A DNA stretch of 64,000 nucleotides from an uncultured delta proteobacterium. GTDB taxonomy: Bacteria; Desulfobacterota; RBG-13-43-22. A model generated the notes under the pieces. That model was given only the letters and a program-made list of their open reading frames with translations. It had not been told where the DNA came from and searched no databases. The translations under genes and the position numbers were made by a program. Positions 28,190 to 37,951 of this stretch are shown piece after piece. The stretch's first letter is position 1; the number at the start of each line of letters is the position of its first letter. The stretch is taken from the NCBI GenBank assembly GCA_963790475.1, contig CAWBOS010000010.1, positions 800,001-864,000 of the forward strand, in the 5' to 3' direction.

Positions 28190-28876
28190 CTATTTTTTCC
28201 TGAGGGTCACTCGAAATAACTTTCTTGGAAGGCCCCCTTCTTCAAATTCATCGACACTGATTATCTCGTAGCCCTTGGCGAGATGTTCCACTTTTTCCCG
28301 GTTGAGAAAGTGAACGATAAATCCCCCGACCTCATACAGGTCCTCACCTCGGTGAGTTCCCGTCTGATAGTGGACATCTCTTATGTTCCTGACGGTGTAA
28401 ATATGGAGTCCATTTGGCCGCAAGACCCGTCTAATCTCTCCGGAAAGAAACTCAAGCTCTGACGTTTTAAGGGCCATGCAGTAGAGCATATGCGAATAAC
28501 ACGCGTCAAAAGATTCGTTCTCAAAAGGGAGGGGGTCGCGTACATCATGCTGAAGTGCGGTTATGAAACCAGATAAATTCAGGTTCTCTGCTTTGTCGGT
28601 AATCGCCCTGACTGCACTGTCGGAATAGTCGAGCGTGTAGACTTGGAAGCCCTTTTGGGCAAAGAAAAGTGTATCCCGCCCCTGTCCGCCGCCCAGTTCA
28701 AGAATCTTAGTTTTGCCTTCTTTCTTGAACATTTCGACAGCGATCTTAGCCGGGTTGCTGGGTTCAGTGCCAAAAATGTCGGGCTTCTCCCCAAACGTCT
28801 TCTCCCAGTGTTGGCGCTGGGCATTCAAGGGCTCTTTCATTTCGATTGCCGTTTTATCTATTGTACCCATTTTCAA
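28190..28876 (-). CDS. Class I SAM-dependent methyltransferase
   Basis: ILELGGGQGRD, LDYS, LPF..ESFDACY, RVLRPNG; start codon uncertain. Confidence 0.88.
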   Translation of the reverse strand: MKMGTIDKTAIEMKEPLNAQRQHWEKTFGEKPDIFGTEPSNPAKIAVEMFKKEGKTKILELGGGQGRDTLFFAQKGFQVYTLDYSDSAVRAITDKAENLNLSGFITALQHDVRDPLPFENESFDACYSHMLYCMALKTSELEFLSGEIRRVLRPNGLHIYTVRNIRDVHYQTGTHRGEDLYEVGGFIVHFLNREKVEHLAKGYEIISVDEFEEGGLPRKLFRVTLRKK

Positions 28877-29213
28877 GTGTCCGTCAAACTGGGGAGGTTC
28901 AGGTTAACCCCTATGTTCCTTTTATTAAGCCAGTTATCTTGAGCTCAAATAGCCATCCAGCCAGCCCAAGACTTTCTCCCAGATTTCGGCATTCCCGTAT
29001 GCTGCCTGGGCGCGCCCGATGAAGCCTTCATCTCGAACGGTCACGAGCGTGCCGTTTGATGGTAGACGCCGGGATATTTCCACCATTGCTCTACCTCATT
29101 CGTAGTGAGAGCACGGAAGACCTGTTCCGGTGTTCCAGCCACTTCGGCGACTGCCAGGATCATCCCACCGATGCCATCAGCTACTGCTTTGGGACTTTTC
29201 TTGGATTCAGTTC

Positions 29214-30332
29214 TTATCGATTATCAAGAGCGGCTTCTATCTCTTCGCGTACCAGGCCCTGGGAATTTGGCAGGGCAGCCGATAAGACCTTCTTGGCTTC
29301 CGGACCGCCGATGCGCCCCAGGGCCCAGGCGATCATACCCTGAACCCGTTCGTCGCTATTTTCCCGGAAGGCCCTGGCCAGTTCCGGAATATATTTTTCA
29401 TCCAGGCTGTTGCCCATGGCCCGGGCGACATTCATCTTCCACCGCCAGAGTTCGTTTTCCGACATATAGAACATATGGGGCCAGATGAGGGATTTAAAAT
29501 ATTCCCTGTCCATATGGAGAAGTTTTTCCAGCTTGAAGTCTTCCACCATGGCTTCCACCTTTTTGTTTATAGGCAGTTCCCTGGCCAGCCAGGGGGCATT
29601 CCGGGGACAGACGTTTTGGCAGTGGTCGCAGCCGTAAACCCTTAAGCCCATGGGTTCCCGCAATTCCAGGGGGGTGATGCCCTGGCCGTAATAACTCAGA
29701 TAGGAGATACACTTACGAGGGTCGAGATGACGGGGGCCTCTCAAAGCCCCGGTCGGGCAGGCGGTCAGGCAGGTGTTTTTGCACCAGTCCGGACAGCCGA
29801 TTTCCATCGTAGGTTCATTCGGAGGAAATTCTTGATCCACTGCCAGGGAAATCAGCGTCACCCATGACCCTCTGGCGGCCAGTTTATTGGAATAGAACAA
29901 GCAATTTTTCCCGTAGGTTCCCAAGCCGGCTCGGGCAGCGGCGATCTTTTGAGGAAGTTGGGGCGGAATCTTGGAGACTATTCCATTCTCGGTGAGGAAA
30001 TCGCGAAAAGTCTTTGTCCGTTTGGAGAGATCTTTCTTGATGATCCGGTCGTCATCCAGGTAGCAGCGACCAAAATATCGTTCCAGGATGTCGGGAAAGG
30101 CCTGGCTGAAATAGGACTCCACCAGTACGATGACGGATTTCGCCTGGGGGAAAACGGCCTTTGGATCGGTACCGGCCCACAGGTCCAGTCCGGATTTGGC
30201 TACCCATTCATAGGCCGGCCGCCGTTCACTCAAAACAGTTTTCTGAACGTCAAAGGGTTCAGCCGTAGTAAAGCCGATATCCCCGAAGCCGCATTCGTAG
30301 GCCTTTTCGATGATTTCTTTTTTGCTGACCAT
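29214..30332 (-). CDS. queG: Epoxyqueuosine reductase (QueG)-like Fe-S protein
   Basis: AARAGLG.YGKN, C..C...CLTACPTGAL, CISY, YGCD.CQ.VCP.N, C-terminal HEAT repeat (AWALGRIG). Confidence 0.75.
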   Translation of the reverse strand: MVSKKEIIEKAYECGFGDIGFTTAEPFDVQKTVLSERRPAYEWVAKSGLDLWAGTDPKAVFPQAKSVIVLVESYFSQAFPDILERYFGRCYLDDDRIIKKDLSKRTKTFRDFLTENGIVSKIPPQLPQKIAAARAGLGTYGKNCLFYSNKLAARGSWVTLISLAVDQEFPPNEPTMEIGCPDWCKNTCLTACPTGALRGPRHLDPRKCISYLSYYGQGITPLELREPMGLRVYGCDHCQNVCPRNAPWLARELPINKKVEAMVEDFKLEKLLHMDREYFKSLIWPHMFYMSENELWRWKMNVARAMGNSLDEKYIPELARAFRENSDERVQGMIAWALGRIGGPEAKKVLSAALPNSQGLVREEIEAALDNR

Positions 30333-30485
30333 TGATTAATTCTCCGTTCATAAATAGTAGAGACTCTATCAGATCGGGCTTAACTTTTCCTCTTTTTTTT
30401 ATCCTTGACTCCTTTTCCACCGTCCTCTTATAATCTCAACCGACCTATATCGTTAATTTTCCCTTATAAAGCAGAGTAGAGGGTT

Positions 30486-31400
30486 ATGCCGACTTCATCA
30501 AAAGCATGGGGAGGGCTGTTGGTTGTTTTGCTGGTCCTTCTGCTTATTCCCTTGGTGGTGTATTTTCGGGTGCCGAAGCCTTGCCGGGATCCGATAACCT
30601 ATCACATCGGGAAAGTGGATGAAAGATTCACCCTGACCCGTCAGGAATTCGAGAGGATCATCCATACGGCCGCGGCCATGTGGGGGAAACCCATTTTCCG
30701 CGATCTATTTCGAGAAGACCCCAATGGCAGTATTGAGATCAATCTCGTTTATGACTACCGGCAAGAAGCAACCAACCGTTTAAAAAAGCTTAATTATAAG
30801 ATCGATTATTCGAAGAACTCTTATGAAGAACTCAAGACACGCCTGGAAAACCTAAAGACTGAATTTGAACAAAAGGACGCCACCCTGATCAATGACCTTA
30901 ATGACTACCAGGCACGGGTAAACGCTTTTAATACGGAAGCGGAGTCCTGGAACCAGCGCGGCGGAGCGCCTGAAAGTATCCTTCCGAAGCTGACCAAAGA
31001 GAAAAATGAATTGGATGCCCTGCGCGACCCTCTGAACCTTCGCCGGGAAGAGTTGAAAGAATTGACGGATACCATCAACAGCCTGATTGTGGTCATCAAT
31101 GAAATCGCTTCCAATTATAACCTGGATTTAGTAGACCAACAGAACACCGGAAAGACATTGGGCCGAGAGTTTTACGAAGGATTATATGAGAATAAAAACG
31201 GCCGCCAGACCATCACCATTTATCAATTCGATGACTCCGATCGCTTGGTCCGCGTCCTGGCCCATGAATTCGGCCATGCCCTGGGTTTGGAGCACAGCAA
31301 CAATGAGGAGGCCGTGATGTACCGGCTGAATAGATCCCATTCTCTGGAGCTTGACCCGGATGATGTGGTCTTGTTGAGGAGACGATGTAAAATTCAGTAG
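30486..31400 (+). CDS. Membrane-anchored matrixin-family (M10) zinc metalloprotease with coiled coil
   Basis: N-terminal TM, central coiled coil, HEFGHALGLEH and Met-turn AVMY. Confidence 0.88.
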   Translation: MPTSSKAWGGLLVVLLVLLLIPLVVYFRVPKPCRDPITYHIGKVDERFTLTRQEFERIIHTAAAMWGKPIFRDLFREDPNGSIEINLVYDYRQEATNRLKKLNYKIDYSKNSYEELKTRLENLKTEFEQKDATLINDLNDYQARVNAFNTEAESWNQRGGAPESILPKLTKEKNELDALRDPLNLRREELKELTDTINSLIVVINEIASNYNLDLVDQQNTGKTLGREFYEGLYENKNGRQTITIYQFDDSDRLVRVLAHEFGHALGLEHSNNEEAVMYRLNRSHSLELDPDDVVLLRRRCKIQ

Positions 31401-31489
31401 GCTGAAGACTGAAGTCCGAAGGTTGAAGGACTTGGTTGAAAACCATTTTGCTTCCTTTCTCCCGGCCTTCCACCTTCAGTCTTCAGCCT
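31399..31489. repeat. Inverted arrays of heptamers (NNTGAAG / CTTCANN) forming a long hairpin
   Basis: AGGCTGAAGACTGAAG ... CTTCAGTCTTCAGCCT between convergent genes. Confidence 0.75.
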
Positions 31490-31493
31490 GTTT

Positions 31494-32423
31494 TTATTCT
31501 CCAACTGCCACTGGAATCCCTGATCTTTCCAGATGCGAGCGGACTTCCTCTACCTTTTTTTTGCTGAACATTTTGACGCCTGGCATCGGTATTTTCCGGC
31601 CCAGATTCAAATATTTCCCATCCCCGTAACGATTAAAGGGTAAAAGAGAAATTTTTTCCGCCCCTGTTTCCCGGGCCAGGGCAATCACCTTGTCTAAGTT
31701 TTCTTGGGAATCGTTATACCCGGGGATGATCGGCAGTCTTAGCCAGATTTTGATGTTCCCGGGGATCCGGCGCAAATTGGAAAGGGGCAAGGCATTGCTT
31801 TTCCCGGTGCCCCGGGTATGGGCTTTGGGGTCCATATGCTTGATGTCAAACAAAACCAGGTCCAGATACTCGAGCAGCTTTTCTAAAACAGACCAGGACC
31901 CGTAGCCGCTGGTATCCAAAGTAGTGTGCAACCCCCGTTCCTTGCAGGCCCTTAATAACTCGAGGACAAAAGGGCCTTGGGACAGCGGTTCTCCGCCGGA
32001 AACGGTAACCCCTCCGCCGGAGCGGTTAAAAAACAGTTCATCTTTGATGATCTCGGCCATCACCTGATCAACGGTCATGGTTTCACCCACCGCGGTCAAG
32101 GATTTAGAGGGGCAGACTTCGACACAATCCAGGCAGCGGTTGCATCGGCTGCGGATAATCTTACGCCCTTTTTGAGGATGGAAGGTGATGGCCTTTTGCG
32201 AACAGGCCTCAAGGCATTTCAGACAGGCGATGCAAAGATCATCGTGGGTCATCAATTCCGGGTAGCTCTTGCCGGATTCGGGGTTGTGACACCAGAGACA
32301 TTGGAGGGGACAGCCCTTGGTGAAGACCGTGGTCCTTATTCCCGGGCCGTCATTGGTACTAAATCCTTGAATTAAAAAAATCGATCCCCGGTTATCTACT
32401 GTCGCCTGATGAAACTTGTTCAT
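31494..32423 (-). CDS. Glycyl-radical enzyme activating enzyme (radical SAM with ferredoxin insert)
   Basis: DGPGIRTTVF.KGCPLQCLWCHNPE, two CxxCxxCxxxC motifs, GGVTVSGGEP, DTSG. Confidence 0.95.
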   Translation of the reverse strand: MNKFHQATVDNRGSIFLIQGFSTNDGPGIRTTVFTKGCPLQCLWCHNPESGKSYPELMTHDDLCIACLKCLEACSQKAITFHPQKGRKIIRSRCNRCLDCVEVCPSKSLTAVGETMTVDQVMAEIIKDELFFNRSGGGVTVSGGEPLSQGPFVLELLRACKERGLHTTLDTSGYGSWSVLEKLLEYLDLVLFDIKHMDPKAHTRGTGKSNALPLSNLRRIPGNIKIWLRLPIIPGYNDSQENLDKVIALARETGAEKISLLPFNRYGDGKYLNLGRKIPMPGVKMFSKKKVEEVRSHLERSGIPVAVGE

Positions 32424-32475
32424 TGTCTATTTTTTTGATCCGAAGGGGGCGAAAATAATTTTAGAAGGGTAAACA

Positions 32476-32608
32476 TGATGGTTATGTAAAAGTCGCTGAA
32501 ACCCAAATTAAGTCATTCCGGCGAAAGCCGGAATCCAGTGTTTCTGAGTAATTTTTAATTTACTGGACCCCGGCTTTCGCCGGGGTGACGACTTTTACAG
32601 AGTCATCA
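32476..32608. repeat. MITE-like element: outer IR enclosing a REP-like pair (copy 2)
   Basis: Outer TGATGGTTATGTAAAAGTCG / CGACTTTTACAGAGTCATCA; inner GTCATTCCGGCGAAAGCCGGAATCCAG and CTGGACCCCGGCTTTCGCCGGGGTGAC. Confidence 0.8.
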
Positions 32609-32625
32609 AATATTATCCGTTTGTG

Positions 32626-33426
32626 TTACAGGCCCTTAAACTGGGCAGGTCTCTTTTCCAGAAAGGCGCGGACGCCTTCGCGATGATCTTCGGACCCGCG
32701 GCAGACCCCCTGGGCGAAACTTTCAAAGTCCAGTTGGGTCTGGAGGTCGTTGTGGCGAAGTCCTTTATAGACGGCCTTTTTCATAAGCTTGATCGGCAAG
32801 GCGGGGCCATTGGCCAGTTTCAAGGCCAGTTCCTGGGTAATGGACAACAGGGCCTCCGGAGGGACTACCCTGGTCACCAGGCCGATACGCTCGGCCTCCC
32901 GGGCGTCAATCATGATCCCGGTGGTCAGCATTTCAATGGCCTTATCCGGGCCGATAAGCTGGGGAAGTAATAGAGTGGCCCCCAAATCGCCGACCAGACC
33001 GACCCGTACCCAGATGGCCCCAAAACGGGCGGTTTCCGAGGCGATGCGGATATCGCTCAACAGGGCCATTGAAAGTCCCGCTCCGGCGGCTACCCCGTTG
33101 ATAGCGGCAATGATGGGGATTTCCAAATCCCTGATCAGTTTGGCAACGTACCCCGTTCCTTCCAGCAGGTCGGCCTGGGTCTTAGCGGGTCCGCGTCCTT
33201 CGATATTGGCGGCCAGTCGGGCGCCGACATCCGAACCGGAACAGAATCCCCGGCCGGAACCGGTGATCACTAATACTTTTATTTCCTTATCTCCCTGAAT
33301 ATGATCGATGATCTTTCGAAAATCGTTCCACATCTCGGTAGACATGGCGTTCAACTTTTCCGGATTTTCCAAAGTCAATGTGCCAATGCCGTCCTTTTGA
33401 TTTAGGGACATTTTATCGAATTTCAT
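32626..33426 (-). CDS. Enoyl-CoA hydratase/isomerase (crotonase) family protein
   Basis: ITGSGRGFCSGSD, PIIAAING.AAGAG, DIRIAS, DAREAERIGLV, EGVRAFLEKR. Confidence 0.93.
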   Translation of the reverse strand: MKFDKMSLNQKDGIGTLTLENPEKLNAMSTEMWNDFRKIIDHIQGDKEIKVLVITGSGRGFCSGSDVGARLAANIEGRGPAKTQADLLEGTGYVAKLIRDLEIPIIAAINGVAAGAGLSMALLSDIRIASETARFGAIWVRVGLVGDLGATLLLPQLIGPDKAIEMLTTGIMIDAREAERIGLVTRVVPPEALLSITQELALKLANGPALPIKLMKKAVYKGLRHNDLQTQLDFESFAQGVCRGSEDHREGVRAFLEKRPAQFKGL

Positions 33427-33444
33427 TAGTTCTCCCGGAGGTTT

Positions 33445-33534
33445 TAGGCAAGAGGCACGAGGCGAGAGGCAAGAGCTAAGAAATTTTCTTGGTTATTATC
33501 TGCCTGTCGCCTCATGCCTCTCGCCTCTCGCCTA
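33445..33534. repeat. Inverted heptamer arrays (AGGCRAG / CTYGCCT-like)
   Basis: AGGCAAG AGGCACG AGGCGAG AGGCAAG ... GCCTGTCGCCTCATGCCTCTCGCCTCTCGCCT in the GRE-crotonase spacer. Confidence 0.75.
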
Positions 33535-33539
33535 TTTTT

Positions 33540-36023
33540 TTATAGACTCAACTCCGTTCTCTCAATGATCTGATCCTGCACCCCCTTGGTCATGTCCACA
33601 AAATAAGCGGCCAGACCGGCGGTCCTGACCACCAGATCGGAGTATTGATCCGGATGCATTTGGGCATCGATCAAGGTCTCCCGGTCGATGACATTGAATT
33701 GGGTGTGGTGAATGCCGAGGTCGACAAAGGTTTTCAGCAAAGCGATAAAATTGGCCCCGTTGTTCTTCTTTAATTCCTGCGGGGTGAATTTTTGGTTGAA
33801 CAGATGGGTAAAGGTGCCGGCGTGATCCAATTTGCTGATGGATTTCATGGTCGCCAGAGGTCCTTTTTTGTCCGTGCCGATAACCGGGGAAACGGTCCCG
33901 TCATTGAAAAGATCGAGGTCCTTCCGGCCGTCCGGTGTGGCCCCGGTCATTCCGCTGTAATCATAATAGGAAGAGGCCCCGGTTCCGTCTTCGTTGAAAG
34001 GCCAGCCCCAGATATTTTTAAAACTTTTAAAAGCCTGGTTGGTCTTCTTGTAGAATTCACGGCCGATGAGGTCCACATAATCATCGTCGTTGCCCCATTT
34101 GGGGGCGTCATTGATAAATTGCTGACGCAAATCCTCCCGCCCCTCCCAATTATTTTTCAAGGCCTCGAGGAGTTCGGCCATGGGGACCTTCTTTTCATCA
34201 AAGACCATCTTTTTCAGGGCCGCCAGGGAATTGATGATGGTCACCTGTCCCACCGGCTGGATGATCGTATTGTGATAATACTTGAACTCGCGGCAGTCTT
34301 TGCCGGCTTCCATACAGCCGTCCACCACCGCGGAAAGAAAAGGCTGAGGCAGCCATTCTTCTTCCAGAACGTCCACAACGTTATAAATGGTCACCAGCTT
34401 ATGTAAGAAAAATTTGAGCTGTTCCAGATAGGCCTCCATGGCATCACCGACCGAGGTCCAGGTCACAGGATCGCTGGTCTTGGCCCCGACTTGTTTGCCG
34501 CTGAATTTATCTACGCCTTGATAGAGGGCGTATTCCAGACACTTGGGCAGGACAAAGGTGCCTCCCAAGGCCCTCTGGCACATGGCCTTGCCGGGAACGA
34601 TCCAGCGCATACAGCCGTCGGTCCCGTAATCCCGGGCGTCTTCCAGGGGGAGACCGAGGTTCATCAGAAAGGGGATCATCATATTGTCGTTAAAAAAGGA
34701 ATAGACCCCGGGCTGCTTGAGTAAAGAGGAGACGATCTTTTGATAGAGTCTCTGAGGTGTTTGAGGATGGAGCCTGACGGCCAGGGCCGGCTGATTGAAT
34801 CCTACCTCATCCTTGGCGTCCATGATGATGTAGGTCATTTCATTGGTGGCGTCAAAACCATCGGGGTCCACGCCTCCGATGGTCACCACGCGGGTGATCA
34901 AAGGTCCGGCCGAGGGGTGAGAGGGTGGAATCAAGGCCCCTTCTTCATTGAATTTAAGCAGCAGGTGTTCGACCAGTTCCTGGGCCTGCGCATAGGTCAA
35001 GCGCCCTTCTTCCTTATCTTTTTTATAAAAGGGGTAGAAAATCTGGTCCACCCGGTCCCCGTTGCCGGAGGTTTGGAGGTCAAGGACCCGGACAATCAGG
35101 TTGATAAACCAGTAGAACTGCAGGGCCTCATGCAGGGTCCGGGGCGGGTTTTCCGGTACCCAATCGCAAACTTCGGCCATTTCCTCCAGCTCTGCTTTCC
35201 GCTTGGGATCGGTGGCCTTGGCCGCCTCCTGCCGGGAAAGCTCGGCGAACCTTTTGCCCTGCCGGATCACTGCTTCGGAAGAAATAATCACCGCCTCGTA
35301 AAAGGCTTTTTTCTTGAGAAAGTCTTTGGCTTTCAAATAGAGTTCCGGATCGGCTTTGATTTCCTCCAGCTTTTCTTTGGCATCGGCGATAATCCCTTTT
35401 AATCCGGATTGGAAAATTCTGGAATAATTGGGTGCTCCCACATGGCCGCCATGGCGCCACAGGAAAACGCCCTGGTTGGGATAAAACCAGTAGTAGAGGA
35501 TGTCCTTGGGGAGCAGATTTCGCTCCATGCCATGGACGGATTTTCCTTTCCAATACTTATGGATCTGATGCAGTTCGGTCCGTTTTTCATCGGTCAGTAA
35601 TTGGCTATACTCGGTATCGATGGCCTTGTCCAGCCAACTGCTCCATTTTTCAGGGAAGGTGATCATCGAGCAAGGTTCGCTGGACACGTTTCCGACAATG
35701 CGTTCATTAGGCAGGATATAGAGGGTCCGGTTGTCCAGGAAATGGGCCATGGCCTTGGCCCGGCGGAGGACCATGGGTTCGCCTTCCGAGGCCTTATATC
35801 CTTCGGTGATCAACCGCGCCCGTTCAATACAGAGCTTGACCTCATCCCGGTAGGGGTTGCGGCCTTCTTCCTTAACCCGGGTTACATTTCCTTTGGCGGC
35901 TTCAATCCTTCCCGAACCTCGACTGCTCTTGTTCTGGTAAACGATGCTTTTTCTCATCTCCTTAGTTACCCGCGAAGGGTCCGGAGAAACCTGTACCCCG
36001 ATGGTGCGTTTTGCTAAACTCAT
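33540..36023 (-). CDS. Glycyl-radical enzyme (PFL superfamily), uncharacterised class
   Basis: ERARLITE, LRRAKA, ERIVGN, PKWGNDDDYVD, GATPDGR, HTQFNV; Cys loop GCMRW and Gly loop VVRTAGLAAYF. Confidence 0.92.
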   Translation of the reverse strand: MSLAKRTIGVQVSPDPSRVTKEMRKSIVYQNKSSRGSGRIEAAKGNVTRVKEEGRNPYRDEVKLCIERARLITEGYKASEGEPMVLRRAKAMAHFLDNRTLYILPNERIVGNVSSEPCSMITFPEKWSSWLDKAIDTEYSQLLTDEKRTELHQIHKYWKGKSVHGMERNLLPKDILYYWFYPNQGVFLWRHGGHVGAPNYSRIFQSGLKGIIADAKEKLEEIKADPELYLKAKDFLKKKAFYEAVIISSEAVIRQGKRFAELSRQEAAKATDPKRKAELEEMAEVCDWVPENPPRTLHEALQFYWFINLIVRVLDLQTSGNGDRVDQIFYPFYKKDKEEGRLTYAQAQELVEHLLLKFNEEGALIPPSHPSAGPLITRVVTIGGVDPDGFDATNEMTYIIMDAKDEVGFNQPALAVRLHPQTPQRLYQKIVSSLLKQPGVYSFFNDNMMIPFLMNLGLPLEDARDYGTDGCMRWIVPGKAMCQRALGGTFVLPKCLEYALYQGVDKFSGKQVGAKTSDPVTWTSVGDAMEAYLEQLKFFLHKLVTIYNVVDVLEEEWLPQPFLSAVVDGCMEAGKDCREFKYYHNTIIQPVGQVTIINSLAALKKMVFDEKKVPMAELLEALKNNWEGREDLRQQFINDAPKWGNDDDYVDLIGREFYKKTNQAFKSFKNIWGWPFNEDGTGASSYYDYSGMTGATPDGRKDLDLFNDGTVSPVIGTDKKGPLATMKSISKLDHAGTFTHLFNQKFTPQELKKNNGANFIALLKTFVDLGIHHTQFNVIDRETLIDAQMHPDQYSDLVVRTAGLAAYFVDMTKGVQDQIIERTELSL

Positions 36024-36186
36024 GGCATTCCTCCCCTGGAATTTTAAGGGTTTATTTTATTGAATAATGATAACTTTATCGTGATCTTTAACATAAAGAT
36101 TTTCATTCGGTTTTATAAAAATGTCAACAACTTTTTGTGTGCCTTCAACACCGCCCAATTTGAATCCGAAAAATATGATTTTGTCG

Positions 36187-36215
36187 TTGACACCTGTTAC
36201 GCCATAGGTTACAAT
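36187..36215 (+). promoter_or_regulatory. Sigma70-type promoter of higBA with imperfect operator palindrome
   Basis: TTGACA-17 bp-TACAAT, with TGTTAC-N7-GTTACA overlapping; the GTG start is only 7 nt downstream. Confidence 0.7.
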
Positions 36216-36222
36216 TGTTTCT

Positions 36223-36501
36223 GTGATCAAATCATTTAAGCATAAAGGTTTAAAAAGGTTATTTGAAAAGGAACACCCTTATGGAGTTAATCCACAACCT
36301 ATAGAGCGCCTTCGTTATATTCTCGCACTTCTTGAGACGTCGGAGACAGATGAGGATATGGATCTGCCTGGGTTAAATTTACATCATTTAAAAGGAAAAA
36401 GGAAAAATACTTTAGCGGTGAAGATTAGTGGAAATTGGCGAGTTACCTTTACATTGAAAAATGGAGATGTTTTAGAGGTAAATTATGAAGATTATCATTA
36501 A
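36223..36501 (+). CDS. higB: HigB (RelE/ParE family) toxin
   Basis: [32 protein letters not shown]. Confidence 0.93.
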   Translation: MIKSFKHKGLKRLFEKEHPYGVNPQPIERLRYILALLETSETDEDMDLPGLNLHHLKGKRKNTLAVKISGNWRVTFTLKNGDVLEVNYEDYH

Positions 36502-36512
36502 AGGAGTTTGTT

Positions 36513-36797
36513 ATGAGTATGCATAATCCGCCTCATCCGGGTGAGATAATTAATGAGTTTTGTGTTAAACCCCTCGGCCTGACCGTTACCAAGGCAGCGA
36601 AATCTTTAGGAATCACCAGGAAAACTTTTTCAATGCTTTTGAACGGAAAGTCGGGGATTAGTCCTGAAATGGCTCTGAGGCTTTCAAAGGTTTTCGGCCG
36701 TACGCCCGAGGGATGGCTAAAACTCCAACTTCAATATGATTTATGGAAAGCAAAAAAGAATGTAGATATTGACCGTCTGGAACGAATAGCAGCCTGA
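36513..36797 (+). CDS. higA: HigA family XRE antitoxin
   Basis: [31 protein letters not shown]. Confidence 0.95.
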   Translation: MSMHNPPHPGEIINEFCVKPLGLTVTKAAKSLGITRKTFSMLLNGKSGISPEMALRLSKVFGRTPEGWLKLQLQYDLWKAKKNVDIDRLERIAA

Positions 36798-36959
36798 TTA
36801 ACTTGAATTCAGGGGGATGCATGTGAACCTTCACCCAAAGATAGCAGTGGTTTTTCAAGCCTTTCAACCAGAGCGAATCCAAAACGGGAAGACAGCAGAA
36901 TTCAAGGTCAAGAATAGGGGGAAGAGACTCTTGTAGCTATTATTGACTTTCCTGTTTGT

Positions 36960-37169
36960 TCAAACAACTCCATGGGACAGTCTTTTGGCCACTTCCCGGG
37001 AAATTTGTTTTTCATCCCAATCAGGATGGGTACTTTTTAGATGGGCCGTCAACATTTTCCGGGCCGATGTCCACAGGCTGAATCCAATTTGAATCCTTAA
37101 GGCCGGGGTCTTTTTTCACAGGATTTCGGCCATGACATCATCTATCACTTCAGTCTTTCTTGGCCCCAA
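36960..37169 (-). pseudogene. Small helical protein with an internal stop (type found upstream of nucleotidyltransferases)
   Basis: Translated by hand: ...EVIDDVMAEIL*KKTPALRIQIGFSLW...HPDWDEKQISREVAKRLSHG; TGA at 37116-37118. Confidence 0.55.
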
Positions 37170-37438
37170 TTTTTGTTTTATTTTTTGTAATTTTTTCAGG
37201 GACTTATTTCTTATATGGAAGTATATACTTGGTGTAAAGTTTAATCGAGAGAAATCATTTGTCAAGATAATCCCTATCATTTATAATAGGTTACAAAGAA
37301 TCTGAGGAGTTTACCAAACCTTTTGACATCTAAAACAGATAAATGAAAAAGTTTGCTTTCCCTAATTGAAGTGTTCGAATTGTAGGATTATACAGAAAAA
37401 AGTTAGAATTTTTTATTATACCTATATCAAGAGGTAAA

Positions 37439-37600
37439 ATGGAAAATAAGACTAAGCAGAAGACCCCACAATTTAATGATGCTCGCAGTAAAAAAGTAAT
37501 GATTGTAGCTCATTGCATTTTGAATCAAAACGCCCGGATATCTGATCTTAACCCTGATCGGGGTCTTGCTATAGTAAATGACTTGATTGCAGCTGATTAA
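37439..37600 (+). pseudogene. N-terminal fragment of a DUF523/TudS-related protein
   Basis: F.DARSKKV.IVAHCILNQNAR motif followed by unrelated sequence and a stop. Confidence 0.55.
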
Positions 37601-37665
37601 TAATGTTTCATCAGACTTGCAGAATGGGGTGACGTTGTAAGGTTTTTAACTTTCGCAACAGGATC

Positions 37666-37899
37666 ATGAGATATCCTGTAGCCTCGAACGTAGTAACCTT
37701 AAAACTTAACAGCGTCCACGGTTACACACTTGCGGCCCGGCTAATCCGGATAGTTGATGTATACGGGGCTTTGACGAGCAGTCGTCCTTACAGGCATGCA
37801 TTCATGCAGGCGAGGGTTCTTGAGATTATCCGTGACGAACGTCAGCACTTCGATCCGCAACTCCTTGACCCCTTCACCCAGATCATTTCTGCGGAGTAG
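37666..37899 (+). pseudogene. HD-GYP phosphodiesterase C-terminal fragment
   Basis: AARLIRIVDVYGALTSSRPYR...HFDPQLL. Confidence 0.65.
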
Positions 37900-37951
37900 T
37901 AGCGGAGTCGATGGACGAAAAAACACTGCGGGTCCAAGCTGCCGAAGCAAG

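Noticed and set aside
31399-33534. Short tandem repeats as CRISPR arrays
   Set aside because: They are 7-bp units in inverted clusters without unique spacers, and there are no cas genes.
33540-36023. Calling the GRE pflB, bssA or cutC
   Set aside because: It lacks the PFL CC pair and the GCVE motif, and no bssB/bssC small subunits are adjacent, so a gene symbol is not justified.
37116-37118. In-frame TGA as selenocysteine
   Set aside because: Not in a Cys/redox context and no SECIS-like hairpin seen; more likely a CGA-to-TGA nonsense change.
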